DNA from: Promethearchaeum syntrophicum
GTDB lineage: Archaea; Asgardarchaeota; Lokiarchaeia; Sigyniarchaeales; Promethearchaeaceae
Direction of reading: 5' to 3'
Assembly: GCF_008000775.2 (NCBI RefSeq)
Contig: NZ_CP042905.2
Span: forward strand, 900,001-932,000
DNA: 32,000 nt
Positions within the stretch are counted from its first letter, which is position 1; every line of letters begins with the position of its first letter. The position numbers and the translations under genes are program-made. Of this stretch, positions 1 through 9,709 are shown piece after piece. The notes under the pieces were generated by a model that ran no database searches, was not told the DNA's origin, and saw only the letters and a list, made by a program, of their open reading frames with translations.

Positions 1-131
1 CTCTTTGGATCTGAAGATAATGACAATATTATTTTCTCTTTTTCAGAATCTTGATATTCCAAAGATTCACAACTCCATAAATTATATCGATTTTTCCCCC
101 ACTTCGGAATAATTTTCGAGTACTGATTCAT
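1..131 (-). CDS. hypothetical protein, N-terminal part only (gene runs off the left edge)
   Basis: ATG at 131..129 on the minus strand opens a frame (MNQYSKIIPKWGKNRYNLWSCESLEYQDSEKEK...) that stays open to position 1. It is absent from the ORF track because no stop lies in the window. No motif recognised. Confidence 0.3.
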   Translation of the reverse strand, partial: MNQYSKIIPKWGKNRYNLWSCESLEYQDSEKEKIILSLSSDPK

Positions 132-264
132 TTCTAATTTTTAGTTAGTGGTTTTCTATTTAATTTTTTGTAGCGAAAAATTAATAGAGTTCATAAGTTT
201 TTCCCTTGGTTTTTTTTTAATTTTGAATAATAAAAGATAAATAACTTTTCCAACTTTCTCAAGT

Positions 265-1452
265 GTGTTACCCCCCTTCGTAAGTTTCATCATCATCTTG
301 ATACTCATACTAGTTTTTTCAAAATATGAACTTGGAATAATATTACTCATAGGAGCAATATTATTTGGGTTATTAGCAGAGGTTGATCTTTTTACAGTAT
401 TTGCTAATGTATTTTTAGATCCTTCCGTAATTTTACTCGCAATTGCCGTTACCCTTATTCCAATCTTAGGTGCAATAATGGAAGAATCTAAAATGATGCT
501 GGAACTTATAGAGAAATTAAATATTTCAAAAAAATCTGCTTTAATGCTATCTCCTGCCTTATTTGGGCTTCTTCCGGTTGCAGGGGGTGCATTAATGAGT
601 GCTCCTATTGTAGATCAAGTTGACAATGAGTTAGATGTTAATAAAAAAGTGGCAATTAATGTATGGTTTCGGCATGTTTTTATCCTAATTTATCCCTTGG
701 CTTCAACAATTATTGTTTCAAGCGTTTTAACACAAATTCCCCTCTATACAATCGTACTTGTTATGCTTGTTCCATTTTTCTTGATGACTCTCCTAGGATA
801 TATATTTTTAATCAGATCTATACCAAAAACAGAAAAACATAATCATCGGGATCTTAAACGTGCATTTAGAAATTTCATTCCTATCATTATCGCACCTATT
901 ATCGATTTAATCGGTAGAAGTATTTGGAAGGAATTTGAATATGAAGAAATATTTTTGGTTATTGGATTATTTATAAGTCTTATTATTGGTTTACGATTCG
1001 CAGATTATGGCTTAAAAAGTTTGTTTACATTTGCTAAGAAAATGAAAGTATGGCGATTTCCTTTATTAATTATCGCAATGTTCTTGTTTTTGGAAGTTTT
1101 TATAGAATCAGGAGTTCCCGATCAAATAGCGTCTGTAGATTTACCCTTAATATTGTTTTTGATTTTAGCTTTTATATTAGGATTTGCTACTGGCCGGGCT
1201 CAATTACCCCTAACAATATTAATTCCGATCTACCTCACCCAATATGGGTTGACAGTATTTCCATTATTGGAATTTGCTTTACTCTATTCTGTAACATTTT
1301 TGGGTTATATTATTACTCCACTTCACCCGTGTGTCTCATATACTTATCAATATTTCAAAACTGACTATAAAAGTGCATTCAAATATCTGGCTTTACCTAC
1401 ATTTATTTCATTTGCAATAGCCTTACTTTTATCTCTAATTACATTTTTCTAA
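265..1452 (+). CDS. polytopic integral membrane protein, possible transporter (DUF401-like by recollection of the LPVAGGALMSAP motif)
   Basis: 395-aa ORF, hydrophobic throughout with about 10 predicted TM stretches. It has a GTG start and no in-frame ATG near the 5' end. The family call rests on memory only. Confidence 0.6.
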   Translation: MLPPFVSFIIILILILVFSKYELGIILLIGAILFGLLAEVDLFTVFANVFLDPSVILLAIAVTLIPILGAIMEESKMMLELIEKLNISKKSALMLSPALFGLLPVAGGALMSAPIVDQVDNELDVNKKVAINVWFRHVFILIYPLASTIIVSSVLTQIPLYTIVLVMLVPFFLMTLLGYIFLIRSIPKTEKHNHRDLKRAFRNFIPIIIAPIIDLIGRSIWKEFEYEEIFLVIGLFISLIIGLRFADYGLKSLFTFAKKMKVWRFPLLIIAMFLFLEVFIESGVPDQIASVDLPLILFLILAFILGFATGRAQLPLTILIPIYLTQYGLTVFPLLEFALLYSVTFLGYIITPLHPCVSYTYQYFKTDYKSAFKYLALPTFISFAIALLLSLITFF

Positions 1453-1524
1453 TTACATTTCTTTTTTAAGTAAGTAAATTAAAAGATTTAAATAAGGAAA
1501 AAATTTCAATATGTTAATTACCCC

Positions 1525-1896
1525 GTGGTCGTAATTATGCCTCCTACAAAAAAAAAATCGACTCAAAAAAAACGAACTAGTGGAAAACGTTCAAACTGGA
1601 AAAATCTCAAGCGAGATTCTCGAGGTCGATGGATTTCATCAAAAATAACCAAAACAACAATTGTTAAGAAAAAAAAATTTCCCAAAAAGGATTTAAAGAA
1701 GAAATCTAGTGATATTAAAGAGGAAAAAAAAGTAACTAAAATTCTAAGTCAAATGGAGCAAAATTTTGCAGTCGATTGTCCACGGTGTTCCGGCGATTTA
1801 AAACGTGTTAGAATTCGGTGCGGACCTGATCGATTAATTACTGTAAATAAATGTATTATTTGTAACTATTGGATACCATTAAGTGAAGATAAATAA
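1525..1896 (+). CDS. small lysine-rich protein with a C-terminal zinc ribbon
   Basis: The N-terminal half is K/R/S-rich (PPTKKKSTQKKRTSGKRS...). The C-terminus has CPRC...(26 aa)...CIIC, a CxxC-CxxC pair. The likely true start is the ATG at 1537 (MPPTKKK). Confidence 0.6.
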   Translation: MVVIMPPTKKKSTQKKRTSGKRSNWKNLKRDSRGRWISSKITKTTIVKKKKFPKKDLKKKSSDIKEEKKVTKILSQMEQNFAVDCPRCSGDLKRVRIRCGPDRLITVNKCIICNYWIPLSEDK

Positions 1897-1897
1897 A

Positions 1898-2452
1898 TCA
1901 AAGTGAATCATCCAAAAAGGGTTCCAGATCCGGATGATTTTGCCCTCCTTCTAAGAATTTCTTTGCATTATTAACATAAGCTATGGCAGCTTGTTCATTT
2001 TCTGCAATTATTGATTCAGGTAGATTTTTTTTTGGTTTTGCCGGTGTTCCAACGACTAATGTTAAAGTAGGAATTTCATTTCGAGCCGTAGCTCCTCCAG
2101 CTACTATTGCCCCTGTTCCAATTTTGCTTCCTTGTAATACTATAGAACTGATTCCTATTAGCGTGCAACGTTCTACAATACAAGGTCCATGAACCATAGC
2201 ACTATGACCTACAATAACATGATCTTCAATAATACATTCCGTCCCCGCTTGAGCATGTAGAACACAATTGTCTTGAATGGAAGTATTCTTTCCAATTTTA
2301 ATGGAACAATTATCTCCTCTTAAAACTGCCCCATACCAAATATTTGCTCCGGCCTCAATAGTAACATCTCCAATAATCGTTGCATTGGGAGCTATAAATG
2401 CTTTTGGGCTGATTTTTGGTTTTACTCTAGTAACTGGACTTGCAATTATCAT
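1898..2452 (-). CDS. gamma-class carbonic anhydrase-like / hexapeptide-repeat (LbH) protein
   Basis: The sequence AFIAPNATIIGDVTIEAGANIWYGAVLRGD...IKIGKNTSIQDNCVLH...VGHSAMVHG is the typical left-handed beta-helix hexapeptide pattern with the conserved His residues of the gamma-CA/YrdA/PaaY family. Its ATG overlaps the TGA of the upstream gene (ATGA, 2449-2452). Confidence 0.85.
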   Translation of the reverse strand: MIIASPVTRVKPKISPKAFIAPNATIIGDVTIEAGANIWYGAVLRGDNCSIKIGKNTSIQDNCVLHAQAGTECIIEDHVIVGHSAMVHGPCIVERCTLIGISSIVLQGSKIGTGAIVAGGATARNEIPTLTLVVGTPAKPKKNLPESIIAENEQAAIAYVNNAKKFLEGGQNHPDLEPFLDDSL

Positions 2453-3378
2453 AATAGTGTTCCCTCAACAACCAAGTTGACCAGCCCTCCGATAGAAACA
2501 TCGATAACTCCATCAGACATAATTTGAGCCTTCGCCAATATTAGAGAAGGGCGTTCGATCTCATAACCTTGCTCAATTCGAATATCTACAATGTTATTGT
2601 CGAAATATTTATATTTTGCTAAATATGCAGCCAATCCTCCATTACTACTTCCTGTTGCCGCATCTTCAGGAATCCCATAGTAATCCGCAAAGACTCTTAC
2701 GTGAATATCATTTTCAGGATGCTCTGTTTCAGAACAGAAAACTAATATTAATTTAGCTTGGGTCCTTTGGATAAGCCATTTATATCTTTCATGATTAATT
2801 TTTATCTGTTTTAAAATTTCAAGGTTTTTTAATGGGACTAAAATTACTGGTAATCCAATAGTAACTTCTTGTATTGGGAATTCATTATCAATGTCTTGAG
2901 GGCTTAACCCTAATATTTTACTGAGTAGGACTGGTTCATAAATACGACCAAATTCAGGATTTTTTTGAGGTGATGTTAAACAAGGTTTATGTTTTGAAAT
3001 AAAATTGGAATCTCCTGTATGTTCTATTTTACTAACTCCAATACTTATTTGACCGGAAGGTAGATCGAGTAGAATTTCATCTCTTTGTTCAGGAATTAGA
3101 AAATTATTGATGATATAAGCCGTACCAAGTGTTGGATGGCCAGAAAATGAGACTTCTCTTTCAGGTGTGAAAATTCTGACATCATAACTTCCATCAGGAT
3201 TAGGTTGGTTTTGAACGAAACTAACTTCGGGAAGACTTAATTCACGAGCAATTCTTTGCATTAAATCAACTTCTAAAGGTTTTTCACATTCAATAACAGC
3301 TACTTGATTTCCTGTGTATTTTCTTGTTGCAAATACATCTACAATAAAAAATTTCATGTGGGGCATTGTCTTCTCCAT
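2449..3378 (-). CDS. PhzF-family (phenazine biosynthesis-like) isomerase/epimerase-fold protein
   Basis: The N-terminus MKFFIVDVFATRKYTGNQVAVI and the GHPTLGTAY motif are typical of PhzF/YddE proteins, as is the ~300-aa length. The true start may be the MKFF Met 7 codons downstream. Confidence 0.8.
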   Translation of the reverse strand: MEKTMPHMKFFIVDVFATRKYTGNQVAVIECEKPLEVDLMQRIARELSLPEVSFVQNQPNPDGSYDVRIFTPEREVSFSGHPTLGTAYIINNFLIPEQRDEILLDLPSGQISIGVSKIEHTGDSNFISKHKPCLTSPQKNPEFGRIYEPVLLSKILGLSPQDIDNEFPIQEVTIGLPVILVPLKNLEILKQIKINHERYKWLIQRTQAKLILVFCSETEHPENDIHVRVFADYYGIPEDAATGSSNGGLAAYLAKYKYFDNNIVDIRIEQGYEIERPSLILAKAQIMSDGVIDVSIGGLVNLVVEGTLL

Positions 3379-3436
3379 TTCAATTATCTGAATATTTGAT
3401 ATATAAAAAAAAATATTCTATTTTCTTTAACTTTCT

Positions 3437-6400
3437 TTAGTTAAACAAATTAATTAAAGAACTTTCTTCATCAAGTAGGGGTAATTCATTAAGAATTTCA
3501 TTCAATTCTGATTGAATTGAATTATAATTAGTAGAAAGCGAATCAATAATGAAATATGCAACCTTTATTTCAAAATTATCGATTAGAATCTTCTTTACGA
3601 TTCCTAAACTACCAAGTAATGAATTAATATTCGTTTTAATATCGGTTAATTTCTCTTTTGCTTTAATTCGAGATAAGACTGCAAGTAAGATCATCAAACT
3701 AGCACTATCAAAATCATTTCTTCGTGCCATTCTTTTAGATAATTTTTCGTAATTAACCGCTGCATCTTGATATTTCTTATTATGAAGATCATCCAAGATA
3801 TCTTTATAATAAGCGCGAATCATTTTTTGTCTTTTTCCTTTAAATTCCTTGAATTTTTCCTTGATTTTGTTTAAATCCTCTACGAGTAGTAAAACCTGAT
3901 TCTTTAAAAAGTCATCTGCCGATTCTGAAATACTTTCAGGTTGAGAAATTTGTTCACGATCTGATTCTGGTTGCTTTTTTCCCTCTATACTCGAAATTAA
4001 ATGTTTAATAAATGAGGACTCCCAATCTAGAAGATGGAGTTTTATTTCAAAAGCAATTAATATTTCTTTTAACATATATATTGCAATAGATTTATTCCAA
4101 AAACGAATAAGAATGTCTAATAGTTGGATTTCTTCTGTTTTGGAAATTTCTTTATTATTCTTTGATAATTGGTAGATATATTTTTCAAAAGTCTTATAAA
4201 CATCTTCAGGTTGTCTGATTTTTAGTAGCAATAAGAATGCCATTACAATCGAATCTATTGAAAAAATTTCTAAATTGCGTTTATTAAGTTCATTAATTGC
4301 GTCTAAATAACTCGTGGATGCTTCTTCGTATTGTTGATGATATAAATAACTCTGGCATTCTCCCCAATATTTGTTTTCAAGAGTTTTCCTTTTTGATTTC
4401 AGATTCGGATTATAAACTAGTTTCTCAATCATTAAATCGTAATTTGATGGAATTTTTTTAACAGTTTCTTGAGTTCTGGTTGTTTTCTTTTGCATTAGGG
4501 CTTTTATATCCGAATTATCACCCAAAAGTGTTTCCAAAAGTAATCTTTCTTCAGGAAATAGCGCTAAAACATCAAATAATTTTAAAGCACTCTTAATTTG
4601 CTCAGATCTTTTCGCATTTATCATAATCAATGTATAATTTATTAATTTAATTGGAAATGTTTCAAAAAATATTTTTTTTGAGTTTGAGACATTGAAAATA
4701 AAACTTTCTAATTCTTTTTCAATTAAATCAATTTCTTTAAGGATAAGATAAATTAAACTCGCTACGGCAGTACTAATCCCTGCCAGTTCAAATTTCTTTG
4801 TAGTGATCAGCTTTTTTGCGATATCAGAATAAACTTGTGCCGCCTCAGAAAGATTTTTTGTGCTAATTAGATCAATACCTTTTTGGAAATAGCGTTTCTT
4901 TAAACCAATCCTCATTCTCAATAGACTTTGTGATGCCATTCTCTGATCTCTAGCTTGATTAGATAATTGAGAAAGCTGATCAGCATACATTTGCATTTGT
5001 TGCTTTTGTTGTGCTAATAACGCAACAGAACTTCCTTTTTCTTCTTCAATTTTCTCCATACGAGAGAAATATGCATCAAATATGTCTTGATCTTTAATTC
5101 TTCTATTATATGTTCTGGCTTCCTTTAAATCTCCTTTTTCTATAAAATAATTAACTATCAATGAAAGAAGAGAATCTAAATTAACCTCTTTTTCTTCAAA
5201 GTAACTTTTGATTACTTGTTCTATTTGATGAACTATATCTACACTTTTTAATAGAGATTCATCATCGCCCTTCTTTGCAATATTAGTGCCCAAATCTTTT
5301 AGGAATTCAATATAGACTTCAGAAAATCTCTTCGATTCTTCATAAAGTAGATGGTTACGATATAATTTTATCATCGCAGTCAAAATATTTTCAAATTCAA
5401 CCGAATCTATTGAATGTGAAATTTTTTCAATAGAATCCATGATTTCATTTATTTTTCGCTTTAAAAATGTACTTCTACGATTTTCAGGTAGAAAATGAAT
5501 TTCGTTGATAAATTTTCCACACATATCTCCTTGAATATAGATGTCAAAAACTTTTTCCAATACATCAAAAGATAGGATTTCCATTCCGATTTGGCGTAAC
5601 CAATCTGCTTGTTTTTTCACTAGAAGAGAAGCTTGACTAAAATTTTTATTGTATACTAAAAAATCTGATTTATCATAAATATCCTTATTCAAATCATAAA
5701 ATATAAGACCTTCATCCTTAACATAATCAAATAAGAAATCACACATTTTCTTTAAATCTTTTAATTCATATTGCTTGGTTTCTTTTTTGTATTTTTCTTC
5801 TACTTTCAAAGATGATTTTGTTAATTGTTTCTTCAAACTTTTTGATTGTATCTTTTTAACAATAGCTTCGACTTTTTGGAAATCGTAAGCTTTAATGAAT
5901 AAATGTCCCATTTGCAAAAGATACTGATCTATATTTTCAGATTTGACTTCAAAAGATTCCCAAATGTTATATAATTCATCTAAAGTTAGTTTAGCTGTAT
6001 ACACATCATTATTGTTTAAATGTTTTTCGAGAATTCGTTTTAAAATCTTAACAACTTTGTTCGCAAAAACTTTTATTGATTCAAATAACCCCGCTTTTTG
6101 ATATCTTTGAAAACATAAATATAATTGAGATTTAGCATATTCATCCTGCCCTATAGAGGATAAATAATCCGCAGATCCCGCTATATTTTGAGTGACACTT
6201 TCTAAAATCTCTACCATTTCATTATGATTGAATTTTTCTAATAATGTAAATGCATTCTGGGTTTCACAAGCACCTATCCAAGAATCAATTGCTAACGTAT
6301 AGCTTTTTTTCATTAATTCCGTATTAGATAGTTCAATTCGTGCCCAATTTCCCGCCATTTCAAATAATTGTGCCGCATCACCAAATTTCTTTTCTCTCAA

Positions 6401-7174
6401 AAGACGATTTCCTTGTGAATTTAACTTGTCAACATACATTTTCCGAAAACGATTAGAAAACACAGGATTAAAACTTGAAATTATTTTTGCTGCACTTAGA
6501 AATTCTCCATCTCTAGAATAAAGCCATGCAGCTTGTTCAGCATAAATTGTCCAATCAGAATTTTGATTTTTTTGAGCAATTTTTGCAATTTTTTCTACTA
6601 GTTTTCCTGCTTCTTTCCAATTTTGTTGCTCAATTTCATAATTTGCTTGCTTAAAGAGTGAAGGGATTCTCAACCATGCATTACTTTGTAAAATAATCAT
6701 ATCCCCTCCAATTATGCTTTCAGTAAGACAACTAATGATCATTTTCAAGATATTTGGACTTCCTATATCAGAGATACAAGCTTCAAATGGATAATCCGAC
6801 CAAATCCAATTCAATAATTCATTAGCTGAAGCATCAATAACTCTTAATTTGTCTCGAAAAATCACTATAGTATGGATATCTCTCTTCATTCCTTGGATTA
6901 TTTTCATCATTTCTTTAAAAATTTCTATCTCACTTTCTGAATTAGGGTTTAAAAAAAATAATATTCCATCAGCCATAGAAATTAAATTGTCATAATCTGC
7001 GTTTATGTTCATAGGCACTTCAAAAGTAAGGTTTACATTTTCATTTCCCTTATATTCCCACTCAGAAACATCTTCAATTGAAACGTTTTCAAGTCCACCT
7101 TGTTGTAAATATTCCAATACAGTTTCATTGTCACCCAAAACTAAAATATTAAATATATAACTCATTTCTGACAT
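3437..7174 (-). CDS. 1245-aa protein: N-terminal P-loop-less Ras-like (pseudo-GTPase-like) domain plus a long TPR/SNAP-like alpha-helical repeat region
   Basis: This is the longest ORF in the window. The N-terminus reads NILVLGDNETVLEYL ... ADGILFFLNPNSESEIEIFKEMMKII ... TIVIFRDKL, which follows small-GTPase strand/helix spacing but lacks GxxxxGK[ST], DxxG and NKxD. The rest is helical with recurring x-[YF]-x-[DE]-A-[AS]-x-x-[YF] hairpin signatures (KKFGDAAQLFEMAG, KNLSEAAQVYSDIA, HQQYEEASTSYLDA, NKKYQDAAVNYEKL). Confidence 0.8.
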   Translation of the reverse strand: MSEMSYIFNILVLGDNETVLEYLQQGGLENVSIEDVSEWEYKGNENVNLTFEVPMNINADYDNLISMADGILFFLNPNSESEIEIFKEMMKIIQGMKRDIHTIVIFRDKLRVIDASANELLNWIWSDYPFEACISDIGSPNILKMIISCLTESIIGGDMIILQSNAWLRIPSLFKQANYEIEQQNWKEAGKLVEKIAKIAQKNQNSDWTIYAEQAAWLYSRDGEFLSAAKIISSFNPVFSNRFRKMYVDKLNSQGNRLLREKKFGDAAQLFEMAGNWARIELSNTELMKKSYTLAIDSWIGACETQNAFTLLEKFNHNEMVEILESVTQNIAGSADYLSSIGQDEYAKSQLYLCFQRYQKAGLFESIKVFANKVVKILKRILEKHLNNNDVYTAKLTLDELYNIWESFEVKSENIDQYLLQMGHLFIKAYDFQKVEAIVKKIQSKSLKKQLTKSSLKVEEKYKKETKQYELKDLKKMCDFLFDYVKDEGLIFYDLNKDIYDKSDFLVYNKNFSQASLLVKKQADWLRQIGMEILSFDVLEKVFDIYIQGDMCGKFINEIHFLPENRRSTFLKRKINEIMDSIEKISHSIDSVEFENILTAMIKLYRNHLLYEESKRFSEVYIEFLKDLGTNIAKKGDDESLLKSVDIVHQIEQVIKSYFEEKEVNLDSLLSLIVNYFIEKGDLKEARTYNRRIKDQDIFDAYFSRMEKIEEEKGSSVALLAQQKQQMQMYADQLSQLSNQARDQRMASQSLLRMRIGLKKRYFQKGIDLISTKNLSEAAQVYSDIAKKLITTKKFELAGISTAVASLIYLILKEIDLIEKELESFIFNVSNSKKIFFETFPIKLINYTLIMINAKRSEQIKSALKLFDVLALFPEERLLLETLLGDNSDIKALMQKKTTRTQETVKKIPSNYDLMIEKLVYNPNLKSKRKTLENKYWGECQSYLYHQQYEEASTSYLDAINELNKRNLEIFSIDSIVMAFLLLLKIRQPEDVYKTFEKYIYQLSKNNKEISKTEEIQLLDILIRFWNKSIAIYMLKEILIAFEIKLHLLDWESSFIKHLISSIEGKKQPESDREQISQPESISESADDFLKNQVLLLVEDLNKIKEKFKEFKGKRQKMIRAYYKDILDDLHNKKYQDAAVNYEKLSKRMARRNDFDSASLMILLAVLSRIKAKEKLTDIKTNINSLLGSLGIVKKILIDNFEIKVAYFIIDSLSTNYNSIQSELNEILNELPLLDEESSLINLFN

Positions 7175-7303
7175 GTTTCCCTAATTCCTCTGTTTTTCTA
7201 ATTATATTTCTATCTTAGTTTTAGCTATCTACTTTAAATAAATTTTCTAGGTTTTTAAATCAAAATATAAAAAATTTTTGAATTAAGGAATCAATCATGT
7301 CTT

Positions 7304-7723
7304 ATGGTAGATTATGAATCGCGCAAGTTAGCAAATTGCTTCATTCAACCATTTTCTCAAAAGATTCAGATTCCATCCGAGATTTTTGATGAGATTCAAC
7401 CCATTGGGAAGAATTTAGTTGCAGTTATTCCGGGAGAATCCAAAAAATTAACATTTTTCTTAACAAATGCAGATAAAGTACTATTTATCAAATTAATATT
7501 AGATAAATCAAGTTTGAACGAAGTATTCTTTACATCTTTAAGAGAAACAATGATTGAATTAAAAATGGAAAATCTTTTTTCAACTGGGGTATGCTTCAAA
7601 GAAGAAATATGTGTGTGGGAAGGCGTTTTTGAATTTGATCAAGGAAATTTTGATGAGATCCAAGAAAAATTTTCTAAAGTTACCCATGTAAAGACAGCAA
7701 AATTCGAAAAACTTCATATTTAA
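7304..7723 (+). CDS. hypothetical protein (139 aa)
   Basis: ORF divergent from the 1245-aa gene across a 129-bp AT-rich promoter region. No motif recognised. The antisense ORFs 7396..7599 and 7580..7858 are treated as shadows. Confidence 0.5.
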   Translation: MVDYESRKLANCFIQPFSQKIQIPSEIFDEIQPIGKNLVAVIPGESKKLTFFLTNADKVLFIKLILDKSSLNEVFFTSLRETMIELKMENLFSTGVCFKEEICVWEGVFEFDQGNFDEIQEKFSKVTHVKTAKFEKLHI

Positions 7724-7744
7724 AATATTGAGTGATAAAAAAAA

Positions 7745-8422
7745 ATGGTACGCTATCGATCTGATGAAAAATTGTTTCTTCTCCATCCAACACGAAGAAA
7801 TATCTATAAAATTCTTTGTGAAAATCCTGGGACATATTTTTATAAATTGATGAAACAAGGTTCTTCAGGGAGTAGCGCGACATTATTATATCATTTAAAT
7901 AAATTAGAAGATGATGGGTTAATCACATCCGCAAAAATTGATGGAAAAAGAATCTACTTTCCAAAAAATTTACGTACACAAGAAATTGAACGAGCTTATA
8001 TGTTACTTAAAAATAAAAATGCTCTAAAGATCTTTCTGTACATTGTTAATCATAAATCTTGTTTTCAAAATCAAATTGCGCGAGAATTTAGTTTACATCA
8101 CGACACAATAAGACATCATGCAACCCGTTTAGCAGACGCGGAGCTAATTGAAAAGAAAAAGGAAGGTAAACATGTTTTTTTCAGTATAGGTCGTGTTGGT
8201 ATAGAAATATTAGAGGGATCTATTATCTTGTTTTCTGAAGCTTATATTCGATTTATAATTTCAAAATTAGCCGACGATTGTCATTTTCCAGAAATTGTGA
8301 ATCGAACAAGAGATCAACTAACTATTCGCGTTGTATGTCCTGGAGAAGACGATATCATGCTTACTATCGATATTTCCAATTGGGATGCGCAATTTATAGA
8401 AAATCCAAAAGAAGTTTTATAG
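7745..8422 (+). CDS. transcriptional regulator with two ArsR-type winged-helix domains
   Basis: There are two wHTH-like segments: HPTRRNIYKILCENPGTYFYKLMKQ...LLYHLNKLEDDGLITSAKIDGKRIYF and ALKIFLYIVNHKSCFQNQIAREFSLHHDTIRHHATRLADAELIEKKKEGKHVFF. Confidence 0.75.
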   Translation: MVRYRSDEKLFLLHPTRRNIYKILCENPGTYFYKLMKQGSSGSSATLLYHLNKLEDDGLITSAKIDGKRIYFPKNLRTQEIERAYMLLKNKNALKIFLYIVNHKSCFQNQIAREFSLHHDTIRHHATRLADAELIEKKKEGKHVFFSIGRVGIEILEGSIILFSEAYIRFIISKLADDCHFPEIVNRTRDQLTIRVVCPGEDDIMLTIDISNWDAQFIENPKEVL

Positions 8423-8434
8423 CTGTGAATTAAT

Positions 8435-8887
8435 ATGCTATTTCCTCATCCAAAAGGAACAATTCAGTTGATTAAGGATATAGATTTAGATCAAATGAAG
8501 GAAATTTGGAATCAAAACTATTGTTTTTTGTCATCTACTGGAAGGATCCATACAACAGAAACAATAAACGACTGGTTCGAAAATCGACATACTGATTTTC
8601 ATGAATATTACGGATATTTTATCGATTCGATTCTGGTCGGTTTCATCATTATAAGAAATCCCAAAAAATCACTCTGGATAAAATTTTTAGCTGTAAAAAT
8701 AAGCTCCCAATCTCAAGGAGTTGGCAAAGCGTTATTGGATTTTATTATTAATAATAGCGAGAATAAACAAAAATTTACGGAATGTTTTATTGATAATATC
8801 AAAGCTCTTAATTTTTTTAAGAGATATGGATTTAAAATTGTTAAAGTTGATTCAGATTATAACGAATATACTTTAGAATATGAGTAA
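8435..8887 (+). CDS. GNAT-family N-acetyltransferase
   Basis: 150 aa. It carries the acetyl-CoA-binding motif A region LAVKISSQSQGVGKALLDFII and a C-terminal FFKRYGFKIV. It lies 12 bp downstream of the wHTH gene, so an operon is probable. Confidence 0.8.
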   Translation: MLFPHPKGTIQLIKDIDLDQMKEIWNQNYCFLSSTGRIHTTETINDWFENRHTDFHEYYGYFIDSILVGFIIIRNPKKSLWIKFLAVKISSQSQGVGKALLDFIINNSENKQKFTECFIDNIKALNFFKRYGFKIVKVDSDYNEYTLEYE

Positions 8888-8969
8888 TTCTTAATTTAAT
8901 TCAAAAAACAGAATAGTTTTTTAATTATTATATTTGATCAAATAATTATTAATTAACAAATAATTAGTA

Positions 8970-9689
8970 ATGATTATGATTTCTAACCGTTCTGCTAAAA
9001 TTTCTATATCAACATCGCTAGAAACTATAAGCAGAAATTCCGATCTTGTTAAGGAACACCTATTAAGACAAATGCGCGAATCATTAGCAGTGGGTAAACG
9101 GTTAATTGGTGAAGAACTAACAGGTTTAACGTTAGTTCTCAAACCTATTGTTCTTAGTATGTATTCAAATTTAGTGCAGAAAGATTTGGAGAAAGGAACC
9201 ATCAAAACTATTAATCAACTTCTGAATTTATCTAAAAGCATGATAGTGGATGGTATAGAACTAAAAAGTGAGCAATTTTATAAACGTCTCACTGATAATT
9301 TTCCGATATACTTAAAGAATGATCAGACAGGGCGTCTTTGTAAAAGAAATCACATGAATTTTAAGCGATTAGAAGATAATTTGAGAAAAACTTTTGAAGC
9401 ACAGATTTGTTCTATCATACCCTTGCTCAAAATTGATAATAAAGAAATCCAAAACTATTACCAATTATGCAGAAGTGCTTTTGAGACTGTTGAAGAATGC
9501 AAATCTATTCTTAAGAAACAGACTGATGCTATGTATAATGCTCAACAGATTATTAAAAAAGATTTATCAATATTAGATATCCCAACAGCCCGATCGATAA
9601 TATTTAAAATTTTACGAAAGGGATTTGATATTCAAGTACGGAATTTTGATAAAGCAATTGAGAGAATTTATGCCGCCGATATGGTTTAA
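8970..9689 (+). CDS. hypothetical soluble, predicted all-helical protein (239 aa)
   Basis: ORF with an ATG start, followed 20 bp later by the membrane-protein gene. No motif recognised. Confidence 0.55.
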   Translation: MIMISNRSAKISISTSLETISRNSDLVKEHLLRQMRESLAVGKRLIGEELTGLTLVLKPIVLSMYSNLVQKDLEKGTIKTINQLLNLSKSMIVDGIELKSEQFYKRLTDNFPIYLKNDQTGRLCKRNHMNFKRLEDNLRKTFEAQICSIIPLLKIDNKEIQNYYQLCRSAFETVEECKSILKKQTDAMYNAQQIIKKDLSILDIPTARSIIFKILRKGFDIQVRNFDKAIERIYAADMV

Positions 9690-9709
9690 TTTTGTGAGAT
9701 ATCAATATC

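Noticed and set aside
156-350. Short ORFs overlapping or antisense to longer genes (156..350, 1050..1364, 1983..2192, 2277..2480, 3549..3752, 7396..7599, 7580..7858, 7680..7883, 8921..9205, 9394..9576, 10171..10368, 11115..11438, 14204..14407, 14969..15238, 16448..16636, 17306..17578, 18347..18547, 19714..19908, 20645..20851, 21409..21696, 22855..23037, 26054..26476, 26100..26288, 28023..28256, 29888..30124, 30646..30921, 31554..31817)
   Set aside because: Each lies within a longer ORF that carries clear family motifs or a coherent TM/domain architecture. Their sequences are low-complexity or hydrophobic, as expected for out-of-frame or antisense reading of AT-rich coding DNA.
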